From assembly GCA_030704615.1 (NCBI GenBank), contig CM060732.1, forward strand, positions 22,754,001 to 22,818,000: 64,000 nucleotides of DNA. The letters are read 5' to 3'. This document shows positions 1-10,800 of this stretch, in pieces. This DNA is from Takakia lepidozioides. Its lineage: Eukaryota > Plantae > Bryophyta. The notes below the pieces were generated by a model. It saw only the letters and a program-made list of their open reading frames with translations. It was not told the origin of the DNA and did not search any database. Position 1 is the first letter of the stretch, and every line of letters begins with the position of its first letter. The position numbers were made by a program, and so were the translations under genes.

Positions 1-249
1 GTTATAACAATGGCATGGAATGGAGAGGTAATTTAAGAGGGAATTACCAAGGAAATTCTAGAGGCAAGTATTTGGGTAATCCAAGGGGGAATTACCAGCC
101 CAGGAATCAAGATTACAGAAATAATCCAAGAGCAGACCAAGGGCGAGGACCCAATGGTGAAGAATTGTGTTACTATTGTAATCAGCCAGGACATCGCAAG
201 GCAGCCTGTTCATTCTGGATTAGACACCAGAATGAGATGAGAGCTCCTA
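1..249 (+). pseudogene. gag: Ty3/Gypsy family-1 gag fragment (zinc knuckle), cut by a retroelement insertion at 250
   Basis: CYYCNQPGHRKAAC knuckle and NEMRAP match the gag copies at 16.9-17.1 kb. The continuation (MNEGPVVAAHMVRP) is at 58697 downward on the minus strand. Confidence 0.9.
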
Positions 250-780
250 TGTCGTGCGCATACATATCGCTACACAACTACATCGCTGTCCAAACCACAC
301 CACACATATATGCACAATAAAGTAGTCTGCCACAATGATAAACAAGCTAAAAAAAGGACACACACTCCCAACACAAGAAATATAAAATCCATCGCTATCA
401 CTCATTGAAACAAAAGTCGAGCCAGGGGCACCCCAAGCTATGTGGACTCCACCCCACAATAACCTGTACCCCTACATAAGCACACTCAAACCTAAACACA
501 TGCAGGAGCTCGGTCGCGCAGGCTCAACTCGAGAGAGATGAGCCGCGCGACTGCCGCTCTCGTGAAGATAAGACGGACCAGGTGTCAAACTAAACTTGAC
601 ACCTGATTTAACACTTGACCTAAATCCAAGTGTTAAGTACAAATAACTAGTTTTATTCTAGCTGTTTTCACACTGTGCTTATTTAACTTGACAGCTGTCG
701 TGCGCATACATATCGCTACACAACTACATCGCTGTCCAAACCACACCACACATATATGCACAATAAAGTAGTCTGCCACA
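250..780 (-). repeat. 3' terminal repeat block (Y-GC-X-Y) of the PHD-integrase Gypsy element
   Basis: An 85-bp unit Y (TGTGGCAG...CGACA on minus) occurs at 696-780 and 250-334. Between them lies a ~358-bp unit X (336-693) that matches 58698-59055. Confidence 0.85.
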
Positions 781-792
781 ATCGCCCCCTTA
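781..792 (-). promoter_or_regulatory. Polypurine tract of the PHD-Gypsy element
   Basis: AAGGGGGCGAT immediately precedes TGTGG on the minus strand, downstream of integrase. Confidence 0.7.
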
Positions 793-1040
793 GCTGGTGG
801 ATAGGTCCCTCTACCTCCAGATAGCTACAAGATGAAATAGCCACAACCGTACTAAGTCCTCTATCCCTATCCCTATTGTACTCAAACTCTATAGACCAAG
901 AGGCCGGGTACAAGAGTAGCCCCATCGTTAGTCACCGTCTTGCAATCTGTGAACTTGAGCCAGGATCTCGTGTGTTCAAGGTCTCCTAGTAGCTGGGCCT
1001 TGCGTTTCTTGTTAGCCTTCCATGGTTGTATCCACTCCCA

Positions 1041-2879
1041 CTATCCAATGCAATGTGGACATAACCAATCCCCATCTGGAACCATCTCAAGAGGTGGAGT
1101 CAAGCATCCCATATGCCAACCTCTAGAGCATCGATCACACACCAGCATGGTGGCTGCCCCTTTAGCAGACCCACACAACATGCACCTCAAACCTGCAGAT
1201 ACCACTGCCAGGTTTGGGTCAATCCTGCCATCAACATTCGGAAGGTGACATGGCGCACAATTACGCACATGGTCCTTCCAAGTTATGCCATCCCGACCCT
1301 CCAAGACCAAGACGCCTGAAGGCAAGACCTCTCGAACCCTCAAAATAACACGTCCTGCAGTCACATCCAGGGTCGTAGGAGCAGTCTGCTGCAGATAGAC
1401 ATAGTCACCAGGGTTGAATCTCCGAACCCCAGGACGATAGCCCCCACCACGTATGGTAGCATACCTCAACGTATCACGATGTTGTGCAATGGCAAGGTTC
1501 TCGAAAGCCATGGGCATGACTCTCTTGAACAACTCTGCACGCTGCTCACATGCACGTGCCCACACGTCCGGATCGTCAAGGTTAAGAACTGTAGCAGCTT
1601 CTCTGCGAATGGATGTAGGCAAATCCGGCTCTCGGCCAAAGAGAAGAAAGTATGGTGAGAAGGAGGCAAGTGATGCTTGCTTGCTGAACCTGTAGCCCAT
1701 GGCTAACCAGGGTAACTGAAGGTCCCAATCTCCTAGGTGTCCCTTCTGCAAGCCATACTTGCGCAAACCCCTCTTTACTGTCTGAACAACTCTCTCTGCC
1801 AAGCCATCGGCCTCAGGATGATCCCGAGAAGTGGTGCGGTGGTCTATCAAGGCCTTGTCACACAAAGCTTGAAACTCCCCCAAGAACTCTCTCCCTTGGT
1901 CCGTGAGTACCTCAGCTGGAGCACCGAATCGGCTAAGCACACAATCCAAGAATGCATACGCAGCTCCCTCACTAGCCTTATCAGGCAATGGAACCAATTC
2001 AATCCACTTGGGAGAAGTGCTCCACCATCACCAACACGTACTTGTTGTGGCGCATGGTCAGTGGCAACGGCCCTGCGAAGTCAAGACTCCACCTGTAGCC
2101 CAATCCATGATCGGAAGAGGGTGCAATTGTGGAGTAGGGGCGTTGAATGAAGCACGCACACTGTCACACACCATGCACCTAGCCACAAATTGTTGCACCT
2201 CTGTGTGCATACCACGCCACCAATACTGCCCCTGCAGTAGACTATGAGTGCGTCCCACCCCAAAATGCCCCAACTCCTCATGGGCATGCCGCACAAGCCG
2301 TGCCCGCTGTGTTGGGTGAGGCACAATCCTCACTCGACCATCCTCCCACACTCGGAGCAGGTGTGTCCCCTCCCACTTGAACCTCTTGGCTCGTTGTAGG
2401 ATCCGATCCCTCTCCTTGGCAGTCACAGTGGCTGCAGTGTCTCCAGTGCGGAGGTAGTCCAACACAACTGAATCCTCATGTATATCTTTGGCGCCACCTT
2501 GCTCATTGTTGGCCTCAGGGTCCTCAGACACTTGATCTACAGTCATCCCTGTTGCAGGTCCAACCTGGCCTTCCGCTGCCAAGACACACAGAAATGCAGA
2601 TGCATGCCATCCAGGCACCATCTCCTCGTCCGTCTCACCATGCCACCGAGCTCCAGTGTCATCCTGCTGGCTCGTGCATGGATTGCGACTCAACCCATCT
2701 GCATTGCGATTGACCAAACCCGGTCGATGCACCACCTGAAAGTCATACTCTTGAAGGATGAGTGCCCACCGTGCAAGCTTCCCCGTAAGCTTGTCTGACT
2801 CCATCAACCATTTGAGTGGTTGGTGATCCGTGACAAGGGTGAAGAGATTGCCGTATAGATAGCACCTGAAGTGTGCCAC
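1041..2879 (-). pseudogene. pol: Ty3/Gypsy pol 3' part: RNase H end, integrase (zinc-binding region and DDE core) and C-terminal PHD finger; frameshifted
   Basis: TDHQPLKWL..KLARW..NADGLSR (RNase H); HEELGHFG..C..C; VLTDQGREF and HPEADGLAER (integrase core); CMLC..VCDRC..WHMGC..WLCPHC (C4HC3 PHD). Confidence 0.92.
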
Positions 2880-2881
2880 GG

Positions 2882-4586
2882 TGTTAGAGGACTGTAGGGG
2901 ACTTAGACACTTATACTGGGATTGTAGGGTACCCTTAATTTTGCACAGACTGAGACCAAAAGGAGCCTTAGGGGGGACAGCAGCAGCGCACTGTAGAGGG
3001 GGTTACACAGTCGTCACAGCCGACACAGCCCGTCACAGTCGTCACAGCCCACACAGCCAACACAGTCCGTCACAGTCGTCACAGCCCACACAGCCAACAC
3101 AGCCGTCACAGTCGTCACAAGCCCACACAGCCAAACAGCCCCGTCACAGTCGTCACAGCAGACACAGCCCACACAGCCCGTCACAGTCGTCACAACAGAC
3201 ACAGCACCACACAGCCAGTCACAGCCCGGCACAGCCACACAGCCAGTCAACAGCCCGACACAGCCAAACACAGCCCAATCACCGCTTGACACAGCTGTCA
3301 CGATAATAAGGGAACGAAGAGTAGAAGACAGAACGACTGTGGGGAACAACACCTGTGAAGGGAACATGTTAGTTCACAGACGACGGTTAGAGAGGCGAAA
3401 CGGTTAGAACCGCGGATAGGAGGATAAAGGGGAGAAACGGGGAATGAAGGAGGATCATCATTATTCGGAGGAGGACTTCGGAGTCAGGCAGGAGCGGAGA
3501 TCGGAGGCAAGAGATGGAGAGCACGATGAAGGAGAAAAGAGGCTTAGTAGATTCTTGTTATTATGTTGTAGTGGTAGATATTGGAGAGCAGAATTAGAGA
3601 CATAATGGCTTCGGCCTGATACCTGATAAATCATAATCTGATATACTTATACGATACAATCACACTGTGTAGAGAGGATCTGAGAGAAGCTGTGGATTGA
3701 ATGGATGAGTGAAGAAACCGATAGATTGATGAAGCAAACTGATACTTATTATCAATGCCAAATGTAGCTAAGATGAATGCGGAAAGGGAAACGCATAGGA
3801 AACACCCCCATGATACACTAGCTGTAGACGTCATGACTGATTGTTTGCGCAGGCTGAGTACTTAGAGATTCCAACTCTTCTATCTTGGAGTTTCCGCCTC
3901 GGATAGCGAAGGGATGGGTGAGTAAAAGCAGCGCGACATTTGGCGACCATACTGGGGACCTGGGACATGAACAACCAGATGTGACAGGCATCTAGTGGGA
4001 TCATGGTGGTTGGACCATTAAAGAATTTGAAGTGAATCAAATTCCCTGTGGGAACGAAGAAGATAGAAAGAAAGATTGTCCAAAAACAATTCTTTCAAAG
4101 GTTCTTGAGAATTGCCAGACGGATGTTAAAGAAAATATTCTTAAACGAGTGCATGATGCTGGATCCAGAATGGGGTCGGGAGAGAAAGGAGTGATAAAGA
4201 TTTATCAGGTAGCATGTAAAGGAAGAGCCACGTTGGTACCAACATTAGTTTATGCTGATAGCGTTGCTATACATTAAACGAGTAGAGTTTGAAGGCTGGG
4301 AAGAAAGAAAGGTGAATGTTTATACTCATATGCAGAAGAGCTGGTACTGAGCTTAAAGAATTGGATTCCAAATGGATATTTTGTGAGATCAAACTCACAC
4401 CAAGAACAGCTTTTCAGATTGTTTGCCATATGGTTATATGAGTAACGGAGACTTCAAGTTAGCCAAAGGTTTTGCCATTGAAGCTTGATGAAAGAAACCC
4501 AGGCATATACGAGAGATATTACCAGAAGAGAGTTTTGGGTTTGCCACACATTAAAAGAAATGCAACGACATGGCACCATAGGCATG
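2882..4586 (+). mobile_element. Gypsy family-1 5' LTR plus leader and degenerate upstream ORF, inserted in the RNase H region of the PHD-Gypsy; runs into the gap
   Basis: Starts TGTTAGAGGACTG like the LTR starts at 42345 and 42557 (minus). 3620-4560 is homologous to 18.9-19.8 kb. The LTR 3' end could not be determined. Confidence 0.85.
3005..3300 (+). repeat. ACAGCC/GTCACAGTC minisatellite inside the family-1 LTR
   Basis: Visible tandem degenerate units; the same repeat occurs in reverse complement at 42070-42430. Confidence 0.9.
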
Positions 4587-5086
4587 NNNNNNNNNNNNNN
4601 NNNNNNNNNNNNNNNNNNNNNNNNNNNNNNNNNNNNNNNNNNNNNNNNNNNNNNNNNNNNNNNNNNNNNNNNNNNNNNNNNNNNNNNNNNNNNNNNNNNN
4701 NNNNNNNNNNNNNNNNNNNNNNNNNNNNNNNNNNNNNNNNNNNNNNNNNNNNNNNNNNNNNNNNNNNNNNNNNNNNNNNNNNNNNNNNNNNNNNNNNNNN
4801 NNNNNNNNNNNNNNNNNNNNNNNNNNNNNNNNNNNNNNNNNNNNNNNNNNNNNNNNNNNNNNNNNNNNNNNNNNNNNNNNNNNNNNNNNNNNNNNNNNNN
4901 NNNNNNNNNNNNNNNNNNNNNNNNNNNNNNNNNNNNNNNNNNNNNNNNNNNNNNNNNNNNNNNNNNNNNNNNNNNNNNNNNNNNNNNNNNNNNNNNNNNN
5001 NNNNNNNNNNNNNNNNNNNNNNNNNNNNNNNNNNNNNNNNNNNNNNNNNNNNNNNNNNNNNNNNNNNNNNNNNNNNNNNNNNNNNN
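4587..5086. other. Assembly gap (500 N)
   Basis: Run of N. Confidence 1.
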
Positions 5087-7151
5087 AGGCCACCAGTAAC
5101 CTGCGAGTAGTATCTTCCTACTTGTAGTCTCTTCTCCAAAATGACCTCCTGCCACTCTTTTATGAACTTCCTCCAAAACTTTATTTACTTCATGGTGGTA
5201 CAAGCATCGTTTTAGTACTCCATCAGGTCCTAGCTTATACATTCTGCTTCCTACCATAGTATAAGGTAAAACTTTGATAGCGATTCTCTTTCTCTGCTCC
5301 TTACCATAACTAGGTGGGCACTGACCATGAGCAAGGTAGTATCTGATTGGCCACTGCCAATCTAACCAGTCATCTGCACTTCCCTGCACCTCCACTGCAA
5401 ATAGACTCGCATCTGGTAATTGATCATCTATTCCTGTGGCTGGTTCTCTTGTTGATAACCGTGACAAATGATCCGCCACAAGATGCAGTCTCCCAGGCTT
5501 GTAAACAACCTCGAACTCAAACTCGTGCAAGATTATCAACCATCTTGCTATTCTTCCGCTTATCAGAGGTTTGTTTACCAGGTATATCAGAGCCTGGTGA
5601 TCCACATAGAACATAAACTTCTTGCCCAACAGGTAATGCCTGAATTTCTTCACTGCATAGATCATTGCCAATGCTTCTCTTTCCGTTGTGCTATAGTTCC
5701 TTTCAGCATTGTTCATCAACCGGCTAGCATAGTACACAGGTGAATCTATATTCCCTGTAACATTCTGGGCTAACACCGCTCCCAACGCTTCTCCTGATGC
5801 GTCACAGTGAACATGAAATACTACATGCCAGTGAGGGTTAATCAGCACCGGTGTAGTTGTTACTGACAGTGTAAGTTCCTCAAACGCCTGCTGACATTCA
5901 GCGGTCCAGGCAAACACTGCATCTTTCTTTAGAAGCTTGCTCAATGGTGCTGCTATTTGTGCATACCTTTTGACAAATCTTCTGTAATAACTGGTTTGCC
6001 CAAGGAATCTCCTTAGACTTTTAACATTCACTGGTGGTGAAGAGGCTTTAATGGACTCTGTCTTTCTGGGATCCACAAGAAGTCCCTTCTTACACACAAT
6101 GTGTCCGAGAAGCACCCCTGAGTTCACACAGAAAGTACACTTCTCTGGATTCAGGCCCAGACCTCTCATCCTGCATCTGGCCAAACATAACTCCAATTTA
6201 TGCAAGTGCTCATTCTTAGAGCTGTACACACTGAAATCATCCAAGAATACCTGCATGAAATCATCCAGATACTCATGAAAAGATTCACTTATCACTCTCT
6301 GAAAGGTCGCTGGTGCATTACAAAGTCCAAAGGGCATGACTTTGTATGCATAAGCCCCCAGTCTGTGATGAAAGCTGTTTTCCCTTGGTCTTCTTCTGCC
6401 ACTTGCACTTGATTATAACCATTGAAGCCATCCATGAATGAGTACATCTCATGGCCTGCCACAGTGTCTAATACTGCTTCTGTGAATGGCAAAGGGAAAG
6501 GATCTTTCTTCGTACAAGCATTCAACTTCTTATAGTTCACACATACTCTTAGTTTGCCATTCTTCTTGGGAACTATAACAATGGGTGACAACCAAGTTGT
6601 ATACTCTATTGGGTATATAAACTTAGCCTCAGCCAACTTCTTTATCTCTTCTCCAACCTTCTGTGCGTAGTTGGGATTCATTCTATACCTCGCCTGCTTG
6701 ATTGGTACTGACCCTGGTTCCAGTTCAATCTTATGCTGACAGACTTCAGGTGGTATCCCTTTTAGATCCTCATAGCTCCAAGCAAATACATCTCTGTATT
6801 TGATGAACAAACTTTTAGCTTCTTCGAAGAATTCCGGCTCCAAATCAGCTCTTACTTTCACCATCCTTGGTTCCTCTTTAGTTCCCACATTCACTTCCTT
6901 TACCTGCTCATCAGTTGTGATTGTCCAACCAGTCACCACTTCATCCTGTAAGCTCACAGTGGCTGGTTCTTCTAGGATTTCTATTTCTCCTTCTCTTTCT
7001 TCATAGGAATGTGATGGGTAAATGCTGGTTTCCTCTTCAGTTGGTGTTGCTGTCACTACACCACAGCAGATACCTCTCAAACAACTTAGGCTTTCCAGCC
7101 GCATCTCTGCAACCTGCTCCCACTCTGGGTGTGCAGCAAATAGGGTAGCTT
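5087..7151 (-). pseudogene. pol: Gypsy family-1 pol: RT, RNase H and start of integrase (Athila/Tat-like)
   Basis: DGFNGYNQV, MPFGLCNAPATFQR, VFLDDF, CDASGEALGAVL, NYSTTEREALA, GGHFG; one frameshift near 6340. Confidence 0.95.
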
Positions 7152-7315
7152 GAGGTTTACTATTTCATGAGCGCATGAGCCCATGAGCCCATGAGCCTAT
7201 GAGCTCATGAGCGGGCATCCGCGGAATTGGAATTTTCCTGCCTTTATTGACGGTGTTATGTCCTCTTACCTCGGTAATAGGGTCTGTTTCTCCTGGTCTA
7301 GGATGCGGAATGAGG

Positions 7316-7600
7316 AATTTCGGCGCCGTTATTCCCAAGAGCAGTGTGCTAAAATGGTGTTTTGAAGACATCCACCGGGGTATTTCGGCACCAAAATTAC
7401 CTCTTAAAATGTGATATAGTGCGGTATTTAAAGGCGCAGAACGGGCAATTTCGGCGCCGAAATACCCAAGTGGAATGTGGTGAAGTGCCTTGTGCTGAAG
7501 GCTTCCATCGCAATATTTTGGTGCAGTAATTCATCCGTGGAATTTTTGAGGCCCATATAACGAAGGCGCAAACTGGGCTATTTCGGCGCCAAATTTCCGA
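7316..7600. repeat. Subterminal array of AATTTCGGCGCCGAAATT-type palindromes (element A)
   Basis: Cores at 7322, 7387, 7453, 7520, 7585. Confidence 0.85.
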
Positions 7601-7841
7601 ATAGGAATGTTAGAAACGGCAGGGTTTTCATGGCTTCAAGTTCCCGGCTCGATGGTGTGCATAAATTACTTGTAGGGTTCTTCACTGAAGTTTGCGTCTC
7701 TTCTGCTTTTATTATAGATTTTGGTTGGCGGAAGAAATGTAGGGAATGGACAAGAAGTCTGAACACAATGATTTTTCAAATGTCAATATTTTCATTAAGT
7801 GTTTCAGAACTGTACAACAAAAGGATCCAAATGAGACTTTG

Positions 7842-10800
7842 CTATGGTGAGGATCCGCTATCACTGTCCGATGCATCCCCGCCCTCATGCAAGGATGGCT
7901 GCCTTCCACCTGCCTCCGAACCTGCACTGCCGCTACCGCTGTTACTCTGAGAAGCCCTCCCCTCAAAAATACCATCCTCACCAGCCGGAACTGTCCACCT
8001 GGGTGCGGAAGTGTCCTCAACATTCCCCTCGCTCTCGGACGCGGATTCTATTACGAACTTCCCTACTCTGCCTTTCACAATTCTATGTTTGGCCTCACGC
8101 CTCATTATAATTCTCTGCTCATTCCCGTATGTCAATTGCTCTAACCGAGTAGGCCTATCCTCCCTCCTGATGGCTTCTTTGCCAGCCGTGTCTGCATAGG
8201 CTGGTAGAAAAAAGGGCTTCTGGGGACTCGCGAGAAACGATTTTCTGGCAAAGAATGGCCGATGCGATTCTGTCTCCTCCTCTGCAACAGGGTCCGATTC
8301 GAGCAAGTCTCCCAGCTTCTCCTCGTCGGACGACTCTGCAAGGCTGAGTGTACGCACAAACATAGAATGAAGTACATTAGAGAATTCAAACAGGGAATCA
8401 TCGGCAGGTTGCATGGTCCCTACAACCGAAACCAATACACTTACTATGGTGCAACTCACTCGAAGACAGGCATTGGGGGAAGCGGCTTCGGGCGCCCCTG
8501 CATCGAACGAATTTCCCGGACTTCCTCCTCTTCATCTTCCTCCTCTCCTTCCACGTCCTCTTCTGCGTTTTTGGGATCCTCAGTCGGAGGCAGACGCTGA
8601 AGGCCCGCCAAATTGTAATCGTACAAGGCCGTATCCCCCTCAAATGAGAACACAAATCGGTTCGACATCCTTCCCGCCCACATACAGGCACCTGCGAATT
8701 CATACGACACAACCATAGCCAAACTCAAGAATGAGTCGCTTCCTCGCACAAGCAAACATACAGAAACGGAAATGGTGTCAATTTCGGTGCCGCATTCAAT
8801 TAACGTTCTCACCTGTATTTGCAGTGACGTCAAGGACCCTGCCTTCAACATACGTACACGTTTCCATGAGCGTCTGGATGAATGCAGGACTCCTGGTCCT
8901 GCCATACCTCCATGGCTTGCCCGACAAATCACAAAGAATGTCCTTCTCTCCCACATGGTTGAACAGGACGTTATACTCCAGTGGATCAACTGTGGAATCA
9001 ACAAGTCTTCCTGCTTCACGTAATTTGAATTTCGAATGTTCCTTCACGAAGCAAAATGCCTGAAAGATAAGAGTCTGTAGAGAAGGAAATGAAAACGTCA
9101 GAGGTGGCCTACACGTACAGGGGCAATTTCGGCGCAGAAATTGACATAGCAGAGGAGAACCACAGCATACCTTCTGGCCATCGTTGAGAAGACCCTGCGT
9201 GTTGATGCAAGTCCAGATCTTTTTCAGGATGGGTGCTGCACTTCTCCCCGTCCATACTTTGATATCATTCTCAGTGACTTCTCCATCGGCTGCTAGCACA
9301 ACAACACAGCCAACGTCGTCCAACATGTTGGCTGCGAACCCGAATGTGTGGCTCCAGTATCTTTCGTCGTACTTGTTCCACCAGGGAACTGAGCCCAGCC
9401 CCAGTATCTCCTGCCCATCCGGGATATCCACAAGGATCATGTCGATGGAGGCTTTCACCGCCCTGCCCCCGACTGTGCTCTTTTTGCCGTGGCTCATCGC
9501 CACAAAATACTCCATCATCTTTGTGTAGCCAGGAGTGTCCTCCATATCATTGCCAGTGGCCTTCCTCTTCCCCTTCCCCTGGTGGGCCTCGATCGCCTTC
9601 CTCAATCTCGTTATCTCTAGCCTTCTGGTCAGAGCAGTTAGGAAATTTTCATTAACACACTCCACAATTGTGGGTGTTTTGAGGACTTCCCTGCCCGCAA
9701 TGTGCACCGCACGGTAGGGTCTGCCAGGTGCATCCTCGTATAGTGATCTCTTCGCAGCCGACCCCCCGGAGCGCTGGCCCTTGTGAATTTTTGGACGAGG
9801 TGTGGCCCCCTGGGTGTTTTCCTGCTGGAAATCGTCGTCGGAATCCTCCTCATCTGGCTGACTGTGTTGCTGCTTCTTCTTCTTGGGTGTGGGGGTCTTC
9901 GTCTCTTGCCCCTGTTTGCGCGTTCTTTTCTTCCTGTCCTTGGGCTGCTCAGCTGCCTGCTTCTCCATCTGCTCCTTCGCCAACGCTGCCGCCTTGGCTG
10001 ACTTTCTCAGTGCTTTCTGCTTGGCTGCCTCCTCTGCTTTCAGTCTTTCCGCGTCCTCTGGTTGGGGATCCGATTGCGCCTTCATAGCCCTGGCATTCGC
10101 TTCCTTCTTCAAGTTAACCTCCGAGAGGTCAACGGTCCCACTTGGGAGATCCACATACCAGGGGCAGTCTACCAAATGCTCGGCATGCCACTCCTTCGCC
10201 ATTACTTCTGTGTACATCGTTCCACGACCTCCAGGTGTCCTCCACGCCAGGAAGAATGGTGGAACCCTTTGAATGGCTCCGGACGGAATGAGTGCAAAGT
10301 TTATGTACCTGCAATCACGAGGCAGTTCAACAAAAATCATTCTACCGATGCATCATGCAAGTGGAAGTTGTCAATGCACAAGGTATTTCGGCACCGAAAT
10401 ACGGAGTGGACCGTGCCCCAATTACCCAGAACTCACATCTTGCAGAGGTATATTTCGGCGCCGCAATATCCATCGCTGCTTAACCAAATCATCTAAACTG
10501 CAAATAAGGGGATGCATTGTCAGCAGATTACCTGAACAGGACACGCATTGCCGCTTTGTCGGCACCCTCCTGCTCTTCGATGTATACGCTGCGTCTTGCC
10601 TTTGCAATTTCTCTGAAAAAGAGGTTTGCGAAGCGCCCTCGCCACGACTGCACGTAGTTCTCCATTGTCTCAGGCTTCGTCCAGTCGATCTGTAACTTGA
10701 AAGTGGTGGTGTTGCAGTCCAATTGCTCCTGGGCGTAGGTCAGTACCTGCATCATGGCAGGTTTCCAAAACATTCATGATTTTGAAATTGCGACGATGTC

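Noticed and set aside
2881-3367. His/Ser/Gln-rich and Cys/Val-rich ORFs (also 41998-42383)
   Set aside because: Translations of the LTR minisatellite.
3560-3630. tRNA PBS and LTR 3' end of Gypsy family 1
   Set aside because: No convincing CA-TGG PBS found and no complete second LTR in the window to fix the boundary.
4454-5139. Long ORFs containing X runs
   Set aside because: Artefacts of translating through the 500-N gap.
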